A program made the position numbers and the translations under genes. Under the pieces are notes generated by a model. The model was given only the letters and a program-made list of their open reading frames with translations. It was not told where the DNA came from and did no database searches. From Octopus bimaculoides (lineage: Eukaryota): a DNA stretch of 64,000 nt. The stretch covers positions 109,483,218 to 109,547,217 of the forward strand of contig NC_068983.1 of assembly GCF_001194135.2 (NCBI RefSeq), written 5' to 3'. Shown piece after piece: positions 52,756 through 64,000 of this stretch; position 1 is the stretch's first letter, and every line of letters begins with the position of its first letter.

Positions 52756-53089
52756 GAACAATTAATTTGTGAAGAGAGAGGAAAAGAACATTGAAATGAT
52801 GCCTTTTAAGCTCTAAACTATTTCCTCTCTACAACAATTGTCTAACTTCATTAAACGTTTAATTTAGTATAATTGATTTGCCTCATGTTATGCAGTGCTG
52901 ATGATTCTTAAGAAGTATGAAATGGTATTAGACTTTTACATACATTATTTTAGAGAATATTTTTGATAGTTCCTCACACCCTCTTTACCTTGGTGGGACA
53001 TAACAAAATATACTTTTAAATGGATAGATTATAAGAGTTGTTGAAACTATGTATAAGAATCTTGAAAACTTTAGCAAGAAATTTATTGT

Positions 53090-53840
53090 TCAGGTGGATG
53101 ATTACAAGGGCTTTATCTACGTTCCATTTATCTGTCAAAATATATTTAAGGAAATAAACTGGCTATCTTTGGGAAGAATCTGATGAAGGGCTAAGAAATT
53201 TATCTTAATAGCATGGTCCAAAAGACAGTAGTTTTATGTGGTAATCAGAAAAGGAAGATATTTGTAGAACCCTCTGACAGGTGATCTAACTGTTTATGTA
53301 AGAAACAATTATGAAATGTGTAGTCATTGTAAATAGGGGTCTCACAAAATATGCCATAGAATCTCTAATAGATTGAGAGAAAAGTCAGGGTTCAGGTAGT
53401 CTAGATAATTTGTAGAGGTAGCAGAGTAGACATTGAAGAAAGTATATCCAGCACTAAGTGCTGGTATTTATGACAATTGCAATGAAAGAAGTGTAGCCAG
53501 AAGGAAAGAAGATTTGGAATTAATTCAGGAACTTATTGCCTCTATTGGTCAAAAGATCTCTCTCTCATTAAAGACTCAGACTATATAAAGCATTTGTAAG
53601 AGGTGTCATGAAGTTGTATTATGGTGAGACATGGGTGTTGAGCATGGAAAACCCATGGATGCTGGACAACAATGATGAAAGACTGATCTCTAGGATGTGC
53701 AATATGAATTTGCATAACAGACGAGCATAGGATTATCTCCTGATGTATGAAGAATAGACAGATGAGGTGAAAGGATGATGTGTGCTTATAAAAAGCTTGC
53801 TTCATGCTAACATTAGAGTGAACCCATGGGAAAGACACAA
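53090..53840 (+). mobile_element. Old RTE LINE fragment
   Basis: Relics ISNRLREKSGFR, FRNLLPLLVKRSLSL and YKAFVRGVM..GETWVLS align in order with the RTE at 6305-8506. Confidence 0.7.
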
Positions 53841-56800
53841 AAATTTGCTGATTAGTACAGAATGTTAAATACTAAAAATAAGAAAAAAAAAAAGAGGATG
53901 ATACTTGTTTATATGTCATTTAGTTGGCCATCCAACCAATATTAGTATGATGTATGTATATATAAATTAAAATAGTGTTGTGAGGATATTTCTAAATATT
54001 TTCTTTTATTGCAATTTATGTTCATAATCTGTGTGAATTTTAAACTACGACCACAACCACAAAATATTGAAAAGACTTGAATGAATAATTAGGCAACATT
54101 ATGTAGAAGGTGTTGAGTGATATTATATTTAAGAATTATTAGATATAAGTTTTTAGGATAATAAAATTGATAATGCTTAAAGTAATGAAGTAAAAATGAA
54201 CAAAAAGCAATGAACAAAGATAATCACCTAAGACAGTTTTGCATCCTTTGCCAACACTTATAGTTAGTACACCTGCCACAGATTCATGAGTAATTCTCAA
54301 TAGCTTTAATACTTATTTCTCATGAAATCTAAACAGTATAATGCTTTTTATGACTATTATAAGAAAGGACATATTTTATACATATATTTATAAAATCAGA
54401 GCTATCCTATAAAAAATTCATCAATACACAAATTTCAGAAACCTATTGATATTTGCAAAACTAAAGCAGGAGAAATAAGCATCTCATATTGAATAGAAAG
54501 TCAGTCCAATGTATCTATTACTAGACACTAGGAACATGTCAAAGGGGCCACTAAACCACTGCCTTCTAGAGGGATATGGTGTGTTTGACCTTTTTCACTT
54601 GTCAGATAAATCTCTTGGAAATAATGCTCATTTGCGTTAAAAATGAATGTATTGAGTCACATAGTCTTAGATATACTATGTTTGTAAAAAAAAAAAATGG
54701 AACGGTCATAACTAACATGCAGATCTAAGCCTAGTAACAACAACCCTGAAACATAGAATAATGTCATTTTTAGAAACACAATAATATACTGAAGAGCATC
54801 TGAACTCGCAAACCATAAGCTGGAAACTCAGTATCATACATACTCTGCCATCTTACTTCTATCACTTGAGATTTCATTGATGAAAAGTGCCCTTATATAA
54901 AGTAAAACCAAAATAAAATCTATCCTTTTTACACTATATATATTAGGTTTTGAGGGTAAATATTTAATATTACAAGTTTCTTCTCGATAGAGAAGCAGAA
55001 GTGAAAAGAGTATCATCTAATCTTCCCACTGTCAAATATTAATATACATCAACCTATTTGCCATATTGGAAACCTTTCTATCTTTTCTTTTTTATTCAAT
55101 TAGGGAAAGAATAGGTAAACATATATTCTAGAAAGGCATTTTGTACACAGAAGAGAAGAAATAGATGCATTACTTCAATGGAAATAATATTTGCTTTTGT
55201 AGGCTTACAATAAAAGGGGAAACATGCAAAAACAAAAATTGATTACATAAATTGAAAAAAATTAAATATACTGAAAGATCACACCAAAAAAAGTGAGAAG
55301 TATAGAAAAATACATTTAAAAATACAGTAAAAAAGGGAATATTGCATGGACAAATGTTTTGCACCGTCAAAAATGATTGTTTCTATTGGATATATTCTTC
55401 CCACCAACCGTTTAACAAATTTTCCGATTTTATTATGTGATGAAAATAATATCGTTTCCAATTTTTTTTACATAGCTTTTATACACCTACTTCTTACTGA
55501 CAACTTCAGAATTTTTTCCTCTTCATCTTTTTTTAGCAATATTTATCATCATACCACCTTAACATTTAACTTTCCTCAATAAACAGCGTTTGTATTTTTT
55601 AATTTCCAGGTAAATTGTTAAATTTAACTTCCTGAATGAATCTAACATAAAATTTCTTATTATTAAACATGGCTCTTCAACAGCTCAAACAAAATAATGA
55701 GAGTTGTAGTAAGTCTAGATGTAAAGCATGAACAAAATTTGAGAATGGAATTAAAAAGGGCACTGAATAGCAAGTCTTCATTCTAAACCTGCTTTTATGT
55801 TAAAAAACACTGATGTATAAAGTTAAATATTCTGTACATAAAATAAATAAATGGAAATCAAAATAAACTTTTAAAAAATTACTTATTTCTCTATTTAAAA
55901 GTAATTAACAAAAATAGAGAATAAATATGTTTCATTTCAAAGAAAAATGAATACTTAGAGGTACCACAACATATCAATGTAAAAATAGTTATAAGATTGG
56001 GAATACATATTTTCTCACATTATGTTTTAAAGAAATAGCGACTTGATTAAATACAACAAATCTACATGAAAATTACATTTTTGCATTTAAACAAATGAAT
56101 GTGCTATATATGATAATTTGACAATAGTTTGCTTTCAAAATATATAACAGTAGTAAAAAAACAAAAGAGAACAGCAAAATATATAGTAAAATAGATTTTC
56201 ACAGATATTTTCTTAATGAAATGTTTCTGATTGTATAAAACACAGCATTTAAAACAAACATCTGCTTAGATATGGTGCTGAAGCAAAGTTATTAATGTTT
56301 CATGAGGTATGCACTGTATCATTCATCAATTCAACATAGAGTTATCTAACTCTGGGGGGGAATTAAATACTAAATGAGAGCTTGCCATTAAAACTTATTT
56401 CTCAGTTTAGCTTCTCTTCAAATTTTGACACACTAGGGATGATAATTGAAAACAAAAATGGAAATAAGACACATGGAAGGCTATGGGACTTCTGCTTGAT
56501 ATCACATTATGCCTCAAGAACATCTTCTAAATGACAATTGTAAAATCCTTCACAGATCTACATGAAATACTAGACAACTCAAAAGATGCAACAATGATTT
56601 TCAAATATAAGAAATTCAATAGAATGGAAATATTAAAAACATAGACAAGAAGAACTAAAATATAATTCCACACCAAAAATTCAAAATAATTATGTACAAA
56701 ATTTTTCTCAGAGAAAAAGAAATAGTACTTGCTTAATTATGCATAGAATAAATTTTGGCGATCAGAAACAATATCTTCATTAAGAGGTCTCAATAAAAAT

Positions 56801-58041
56801 CATCAAAGATTGAAGAGTTTTAAATGAAATGTTATTGAAGAAAAATAACTAAACCATCAGAATAATGCTTAAAAAGTACTACTAATTAAAGTGTGAAATT
56901 AAAAATATAAACAATATCAAAAGTAATAATGATTTTTCATATTTAGCACATGGCCACAAATTTGTAAGGGAGAGGCAGACTTGAGTCCTTTATCTTAAAT
57001 GTATTCATTTTCCAACTCTAGTGGTAAATAAACACATACCAAGATTTAAGCTAAAAAATGTTATCACACCAAGATTTGAACTCAGAATGTAAAAGCATGT
57101 TGCTAAATACAACATTATTCATACATACGACTGTTTCAACATTCCACCATCATCATGTTAAAGCAGGCCATAGCTGAAATATATTCTTTGAGAATTCTCT
57201 TGTAGAATTAAGCAAAGTCTTTGAAAAACACTAATCTGGATAAGATGAATTCTTGTTGAACTAAAATATAAACAAATCCTTAACACACAGTACTATTAGA
57301 TTAGTCATGAACTGAGCTGCTTCTAGCTGAAAACTATGATAGATTATCTGAGATTTGGAAGTATTACAAAATATCAGATCATTAAAGTAGAATTTGTATG
57401 AGACAATACTAATGTATTAGAATCTGATTTTCTCTTAGAAACTAAATTTACAAGCATCTACAAATTAGAAAATTATCAACCAAAGTACATAACGGTTCAA
57501 TTTATATTCTGAAAAAATTATTTACTTATATTTTGGTAAATAATTTTCTGATTACCATCCAAACTGAATGTATATTTTGCAAGTATATTCAAGTACTATA
57601 AATACTTATGAGCCCATCAGTTTCTAGTTATTCTCAAGCCAAACCACCAGCCCTCTGTGAATTAGTAACCTTAAACTTTTATTGGTAAGTTTAATTTCAT
57701 ATTGATAAACTCACTAATTTTCATAGAGTTGATCCAAGAGATGCAATGCCTTATCTTAAATATAAAATTGTAACACCTACATTATGTGTTACATGACCAG
57801 AAACAGGTAATTCCAAAATATCCACTTAAATGACTGCATATTTATTTAGTTGTCATAACTCATATAGTTTATCACTGATAACTTCAAAGAGATCTTAACT
57901 TACTATATATATATATATGTGTGTGTGTGTGTGCATATACATGTAACCTTAAATGTGTGCACATATGTATATGTGCGTGTATGTATATATGTAACATTGT
58001 ACGTATGTAGCACATATATATGTGTATGTGTGTGTATATAA

Positions 58042-58098
<57 letters not shown>

Positions 58099-58834
58099 CT
58101 AAACAAAAACAGNNNNNNNNNNAACAGGTGGCTAGTTCAAAACATTACAACAGGCATCTCATTAGTATGGTCAGTTTCCAAATATGAAATTCATTAAATA
58201 ACATACTAAATAACCTTACACAAAACTCACATTGTTACATAACCATTCCATTTCATCAATTGATATTCTGCCGAATACCAAAACATCACATGCACACACA
58301 CACACACACACACAAACATACACACACACACACACATACACACACGCACAAACATGTAAATACATACTTATACATACACATACATACACTAGATATAGTT
58401 CCTCAGGAGAGAAAAGAAGAACCATGTATAGTCATAGTGATCAATTCTCATGAAAATGTGAGCGTCTCTTCCAAAATCAGTCAGAAGGATAATTATGGAC
58501 AACTGATTTACAACTTGCAATTACTCAATCCTGATTATAAATTCACACTTATCACAATAATTAATAGAATTGGTTATACTAGTAAACATTCAAATGACAA
58601 TCTTAAAAAAGCTGAAGGTTTTCAAGCAAAAATTAGACCAGCCAACATGTACTTTACAAATATAATTTGTAAGTACAACAGTAAATAATTTAATGCAAAT
58701 GAAGTATAATGAAGTACGATTTATTTGTTTAAACCAAAATATTCAAGCCTCAATCACAGAGCAAATGTGCATGTCAACAAGCATAATTTTCAATAGCATA
58801 GAAGAACAGAATAAATGTATATTTTTCATATACA

Positions 58835-59470
58835 GGCACAGGAGTGGCTGTGAGGTAAGTAGCTTGCTTACCAACCACATGGTTCTGGGTTCATTCCCAC
58901 TGTGTGATACCTTGGGCAAAAGTCTTCTACTATAACCTCGGGCCAACTAAAGCCTTGTGAGTGGATTTGGTAGATGGAAACTGAAAGAAGCCCGTCGTAT
59001 ATATGTATGTATGTATATGTTTGTCCCCCTAACATCGCTTGACAACCGATGCTGTGAGGACAAACACCTACCCTTTGATATAAATCTGTGTTTTCATCTA
59101 GAGTAACAAAAACAGGTGGCTAGTTCAAAACATTACAACAGGCATCTCATTAGTATGGTCAGTTTCCAAATATGAAATTCATTAAATAACATACTAAATA
59201 ACCTTACACAAAACTCACATTGTTACATAACCATTCCATTTCATCAATTGATATTCTGCCGAATACCAAAACATCACATGCACACACACACACACACACA
59301 CACAAACATACACACACACACAAACATACACACACACACATACATGCAGTTCGGCAAGATGGACCGATAGAATAAGTACTAGGCTTACAAAGAATAAGTC
59401 CTGGGTTCGATTCGCTTGACTAAAAGCAATACTCCAGCATGGCCGCAGCCAAATGAAACAAAAATAAATA
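58835..59470 (+). mobile_element. Young tRNA-derived SINE split into 58835-59055 and 59346-59470 by a 290-bp insertion
   Basis: The 5' half ends gacaaccgatgctg and the 3' half resumes gcagttcggcaagatggaccgatagaataag. CpGs are retained. Confidence 0.85.
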
Positions 59471-59516
59471 CCATGTGGTTGGGAAGCAAGCTTCTTACCA
59501 AACAGCCACACCTGCA

Positions 59517-59519
<3 letters not shown>
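59471..59519 (-). mobile_element. SINE head fragment
   Basis: ccatgtggttgggaagcaagcttcttaccaaacagccacacctgcacc is the reverse complement of the family head. Confidence 0.75.
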
Positions 59520-59547
<28 letters not shown>

Positions 59548-59550
<3 letters not shown>

Positions 59551-60050
59551 TAGACTACCTTTGACCCGTTGGGTCACCAGGAGTTCAAGGTACCCAAAAA
59601 AGCTGTGTATCTCGGGAATCTGTGGTCAACAAAACTTCTGTTATTCCGTGTGCATTCACATTTTAATGGTACCTTACTTTCAGTGCATTTTCCCTACTAT
59701 ACGCCAATTTGGCTATTTATAAAGGTACCCCATAAAAACCGTGTATCTCGGTAACCAGTTGTCCGATTTACACAAAACTTGTATTCCATTTGTATTGTGG
59801 AGGAGTATGCCAAAACGATCGTTGTGATAAATAGTGTTTCCAATGCACTCTGTATTTTGTATCTATCCTTTAGAATGTACTCAAAGTGCACCGAGGAATT
59901 CCTAACGCCCAAACTCCATTTACCGTGGATGACGTCTGGTAGTCATAAGTGGTGAACGTGCTCTGCCAACACACTCCTAGGGACATACTGAAAATAAGGT
60001 TTGATTGCTAGATTGTAAAATTTCATATCTAGACTTTAATTTTAATACTC
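59548..60050. mobile_element. CpG-rich repeat, possibly Helentron/DINE-like non-autonomous element
   Basis: The motif gtgtatctcgg occurs twice, one followed by taaccagttgtccgatttacacaaaactt, resembling DINE-1/HINE core motifs. It is bounded by (TA)n and (GT)n. Confidence 0.35.
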
Positions 60051-60987
60051 TGTGTGTGTGTGTGTGTNNNNNNNNNNNNNNNNNNNNNNNNNNNNNNNNN
60101 NNNNNNNNNNNNNNNNNNNNNNNNNNNNNNNNNNNNNNNNNNNNNNNNNNNNNNNNNNNNNNNNNNNNNNNNNNNNNNNNNNNNNNNNNNNNNNNNNNNN
60201 NNNNNNNNNNNNNNNNNNNNNNNNNNNNNNNNNNNNNNNNNNNNNNNNNNNNNNNNNNNNNNNNNNNNNNNNNNNNNNNNNNNNNNNNNNNNNNNNNNNN
60301 NNNNNNNNNNNNNNNNNNNNNNNNNNNNNNNNNNNNNNNNNNNNNNNNNNNNNNNNNNNNNNNNNNNNNNNNNNNNNNNNNNNNNNNNNNNNNNNNNNNN
60401 NNNNNNNNNNNNNNNNNNNNNNNNNNNNNNNNNNNNNNNNNNNNNNNNNNNNNNNNNNNNNNNNNNNNNNNNNNNNNNNNNNNNNNNNNNNNNNNNNNNN
60501 NNNNNNNNNNNNNNNNNNNNNNNNNNNNNNNNNNNNNNNNNNNNNNNNNNNNNNNNNNNNNNNNNNNNNNNNNNNNNNNNNNNNNNNNNNNNNNNNNNNN
60601 NNNNNNNNNNNNNNNNNNNNNNNNNNNNNNNNNNNNNNNNNNNNNNNNNNNNNNNNNNNNNNNNNNNNNNNNNNNNNNNNNNNNNNNNNNNNNNNNNNNN
60701 NNNNNNNNNNNNNNNNNNNNNNNNNNNNNNNNNNNNNNNNNNNNNNNNNNNNNNNNNNNNNNNNNNNNNNNNNNNNNNNNNNNNNNNNNNNNNNNNNNNN
60801 NNNNNNNNNNNNNNNNNNNNNNNNNNNNNNNNNNNNNNNNNNNNNNNNNNNNNNNNNNNNNNNNNNNNNNNNNNNNNNNNNNNNNNNNNNNNNNNNNNNN
60901 NNNNNNNNNNNNNNNNNNNNNNNNNNNNNNNNNNNNNNNNNNNNNNNNNNNNNNNNNNNNNNNNNNNNNNNNNNNNNNNNNNNNNNN

Positions 60988-61305
60988 TTTCTGTTTGTTT
61001 TCCTGTCTTGTTTTTTGTCCGCCACTACATTCCTCCATGGCAAGGTTTAATTTGTGTATACAAATTTAATTTGCGGTCCATGGGAAGAGCCGTTTTAACG
61101 ATGCGTCCTACCCAGCTCTTCGAAACGCCGGTGTTAAAACGGGGGTAGCTGATGAAGGAAAATGTTCTCTATGTGGCTTGTATGTTTTCTTGTCTACGTT
61201 TTGTTTGCAATGTCCTGTACCCAGATATGCACCTATACATACAGGTAGATGTCGGTATGCACATACCTGTACGTATATATGCATATACTCATTTACTATT
61301 GTTTA
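60988..61305 (+). mobile_element. Highly structured repeat with hammerhead core motifs (PLE-terminal-repeat-like)
   Basis: Three perfect interleaved helices with GAAAC, GTC and CTGATGA at 61084-61155. Additional hairpins occur at 61035-61083 and about 61229-61272. It ends in (TA)n. Confidence 0.5.
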
Positions 61306-62266
61306 TATATATATATATGGTCATCTCATAAATAATGAGGTTGTTTCAATTGCATGAGCTAAAAGTCGGAGGAGGAGGGGATAAACTATCTGTATCAATT
61401 TGCTATAAAAGCAGATAGTAATTTTAACCTGTACTTATTCTTTGTGCAAGTTTTGGAGAGTGCAGTTCGATTTTAAAAGTTATTTTTCCAAAGCTGTAAT
61501 GGAAGTGACAAAGAGCATATTCGACATATTTTGCTTTATGAGTTCAATAAAGGCAACCAAGCAACGGGAAATACGAAGAATACTAATGCAGTATATGGGG
61601 ATTGGATCAATAAGTGTAAGCCAGTGTCAATAGTGGTTTCACAAATTCCGACCTGGAAACTAAACCCTAGAAGTCGAGCCTCATTGCAGAAGATCTGTTG
61701 AGCTGGACAAGGACGTCCTGCAAACCCTGGGGATCAATATCTCATCGTAACTGTTGAGCAACTAGTAAAGAAGCTTGGATTTAGTCATTCAACCATTCAT
61801 CGACACCAGCGCTAGAAGAAAAATATCCAACATTGGTTTCAAGACGAAAGGTGTTCCTCCATCAGGATAATGCTTGGCTACATACAGTGTGGCTGACATT
61901 CCAAAGGCTGGAACAGTTTGAATGAGAAACGATACTCCACCCACCATGTTCACCGGACATTGCCCCATCTAATTATCATTTATTCTACAGAATTCGAAAT
62001 CATTTGGATGGAAAAAAAATGTATTCTTAGACGAGGTCAAAATAGTACCAAAGGAGTATTTTTCATCACAGACAAGTGAATTTTGGAAGAGGGGCCTTGC
62101 AAGTCTCCCAGATAGCTGGAAGAGCATTGTCAAAAAGGAAGAAGTGTATATTTTAGATTAAAAAAGAACTTTGTTTATCTTAATTTTAAAAAATAAAAGA
62201 AATAAAAAAAACATTATTTACATTATCTACATTTGACGGATATTCGTCCTCATCTTGTTTGTTGTT

Positions 62267-62312
62267 AACACAACGTTTCGGCTGATATACCCTCCAGCCT
62301 TCGTCAGGTGTC
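62267..62312 (-). ncRNA. Minimal type I hammerhead ribozyme (identical inverted copy)
   Basis: Exact reverse complement of 62627-62672. Confidence 0.85.
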
Positions 62313-62626
62313 TTGGGGAAATTTCGAACCTGGGTTCTCATTCCTATCGATGTTACTATTATTATTATTATTATTATTATTAATCAGGTCGCTGCCGTGA
62401 ATCGAACTCGGAACCTTGGGGTTAGTAGNNNNNNNNNNNNNNNNNNNNNNNNNNNNNNNNNNNNNNNNNNNNNNNNNNNNNNAGCGTGGGCTACTAACCC
62501 CAAGGTTCCGAGTTCGATTCACGGCAGCGACCTGATTAATAATAATAATAATAATAATAATATAATAATAATAATAATAATAGTAACATCGATAGGAATG
62601 AGAACCCAGGTTCGAAATTTCCCCAA

Positions 62627-62672
62627 GACACCTGACGAAGGCTGGAGGGTATATCAGCCGAAACGTTGTGTT
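62627..62672 (+). ncRNA. Minimal type I hammerhead ribozyme
   Basis: gacac-CTGACGA-a-ggctg[gagggtatat]cagcc-GAAA-cg-TT|gtgtt. It has a complete core, 5-bp stems I and II and a loopless palindromic stem III (ACGT). Predicted cleavage is after 62667. Confidence 0.85.
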
Positions 62673-64000
62673 AACAACAAACAAGATGAGGACGAATATC
62701 CGTCAAATGTAGATAATGTAAATAATGTAAATAATTCCTCATCTCTTAAATATAGAACTGTAAATTAAAAAAAACTGCATTATTTATGGGATGACCCAAC
62801 ATATATATATACAAATTGACATCTCACTATATTTGAATTAAAATGACGTAATATATCCAAACAATCATATTTGTTTCGATTTCCATAAAATATCAATTAA
62901 TTTTCTGAAATTTTATTCATAAATAAATCACTTTAATATTTTGATGTACCTGTGGTGAAACAAATCAGAAAAGTAATAAAACATATTCATGACATTTACA
63001 ATCATTTCTTCAAAAATTAATTACTTCAAAACTTTACAATGTGTCATGTGCAGATGTTTAGACTGCTCATTAAATGCCAGTTCTCATTTATGAAGTAAAG
63101 TATAAATACAATGTAATATAAGTGTATCACTGGCATGAAAAAGAGAAATAATTACCTGTCTTTAGACAGCTTGACAAATTATTTCTGCACAGTATATTTT
63201 CTTTGTTAATGGCCTTCATCTTCTGGTCATTTTGATAAATATTCAATGAGACTAAACCATGAGTTATTTTGCCACTCTAGTTTAGCAACATGTTTTCAGT
63301 CTTTGTAGTACAAGGATTGATTTTCCACTCACCACAAACCTAACTGGTAGAGAAGCTAGAAACTGTAAGATCACACGAATATTTGTGAAGAAATATATAG
63401 ATCTGTGCAGACTTGCAGAGTGAGAATTTCCTTAGAAATTTTAGTACTCATTAAGCATCAACTTCTTGATGAAATGAGTCATAATTTTGTCATTTCTTCC
63501 TTATATTGTTCCCTGATTGATATTAAAATTTGGTGTCAGATGATCAAATTCGCAAGAAACACAAGACAGAGCTTGGAAACCTTATTTTTAAAGAGGGTTT
63601 AATGAGATTCATAAGCAATAATTAGTGTTTTGGTGATAATAATCTTCAACTGAATTACTAGGGGAGTTTGACAAGTAACACTACTTGTTGTTCCTTTAGC
63701 TAGCTGCAGTCCATGTTAATTTTGTATAGAATTGTTTTTACTTCTATATAAACCTCATTGACAAAAAGTTAGCTTCTTTAGCTCAACAACAAATATTAAC
63801 CTCATTTTATTTTTGATACAATAAAAAGAAATTGATAAATTTATTTTGCATTTTTCTTATGTGTGTAAAAGACAGAATGAAAAATTACAAATCGATTCAG
63901 AATTGAATATGTGTAGTAGCATGGATATATCTGTATAATGACCTCATTGTCCAAGAAAGGGAGTATGTTTCAGAAATCCACCTAGTTTCAGAAAGTGTTG

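Larger units (their letters stand above)
62211..62760. mobile_element. Head-to-head palindromic insertion of a tRNA-head + (AAT)n + hammerhead element
   Basis: 62211-62428 is the reverse complement of about 62490-62726, apart from (AAT)n length. B-box GTTCGATTC at 62512-62520. A 54-N gap lies at the centre. Confidence 0.85.
61317..62801 (+). mobile_element. Internally deleted mariner whose 3' end is interrupted by the 62211-62760 insertion
   Basis: EHIRHILLYEFNKGN..NAVYGD, VFLHQDNAWLH and ETILHPPCSPDIAPSNYHLF. TIRs are ggtcatctcataaataatgaggtt (left) and aactgcattatttatgggatgacc (right, 62773-62801). Confidence 0.9.

Noticed and set aside
53178-53200. CTGATGA hammerhead-like motif
   Set aside because: There are no flanking stems, and it corresponds to the decayed YADD region of the old RTE fragment.
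29527-59577. YIYIY, CVCVC, THTHT and LSLSL ORFs
   Set aside because: They are translations of dinucleotide microsatellites.
4018-61148. Long ORFs in the supplied track (200-370 aa) at 4.0, 9.2, 24.1, 30.3, 33.4, 45.7, 50.7 and 60.0 kb
   Set aside because: They are runs of X across assembly gaps, not coding sequence.
62483-62535. Functional tRNA gene
   Set aside because: The 5' half is in a gap, the T-stem has a mismatch, no acceptor-stem 3' strand or terminator can be seen, and it is part of a repeat.

Overview
AT-rich, microsatellite-dense metazoan DNA from a gappy short-read assembly with 13 N-runs. The repeat families resemble those I recall from octopus or other coleoid cephalopods; this is an inference. 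No host protein-coding gene can be identified with confidence, so the window looks intronic or intergenic. It is dominated by decayed mobile elements: RTE LINEs (one near 2.2 kb plus fragments), a HERO-clade RLE LINE, an APE-type LINE relic, Penelope-like (PLE) relics, several mariner/Tc1 elements (Hsmar1-like x2, a foldback derivative, a DD37D element, a MITE), a Tigger-like relic, TA-targeting MITEs and many tRNA-derived SINEs. Five features stand out. (1) A head-to-head palindromic insertion at 62.2-62.8 kb whose arms each combine a tRNA-like Pol III head with an intact minimal hammerhead ribozyme. (2) A second, older palindrome with a hammerhead relic at 24.6 kb. (3) A possible circularly scrambled hammerhead at 61.1 kb. 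(4) A short segment at 1.6 kb that looks like the precisely spliced version of a GT-AG intron-containing locus at 12.7-13.3 kb. (5) A recursive-splice-site architecture on the minus strand at 44.3 kb.
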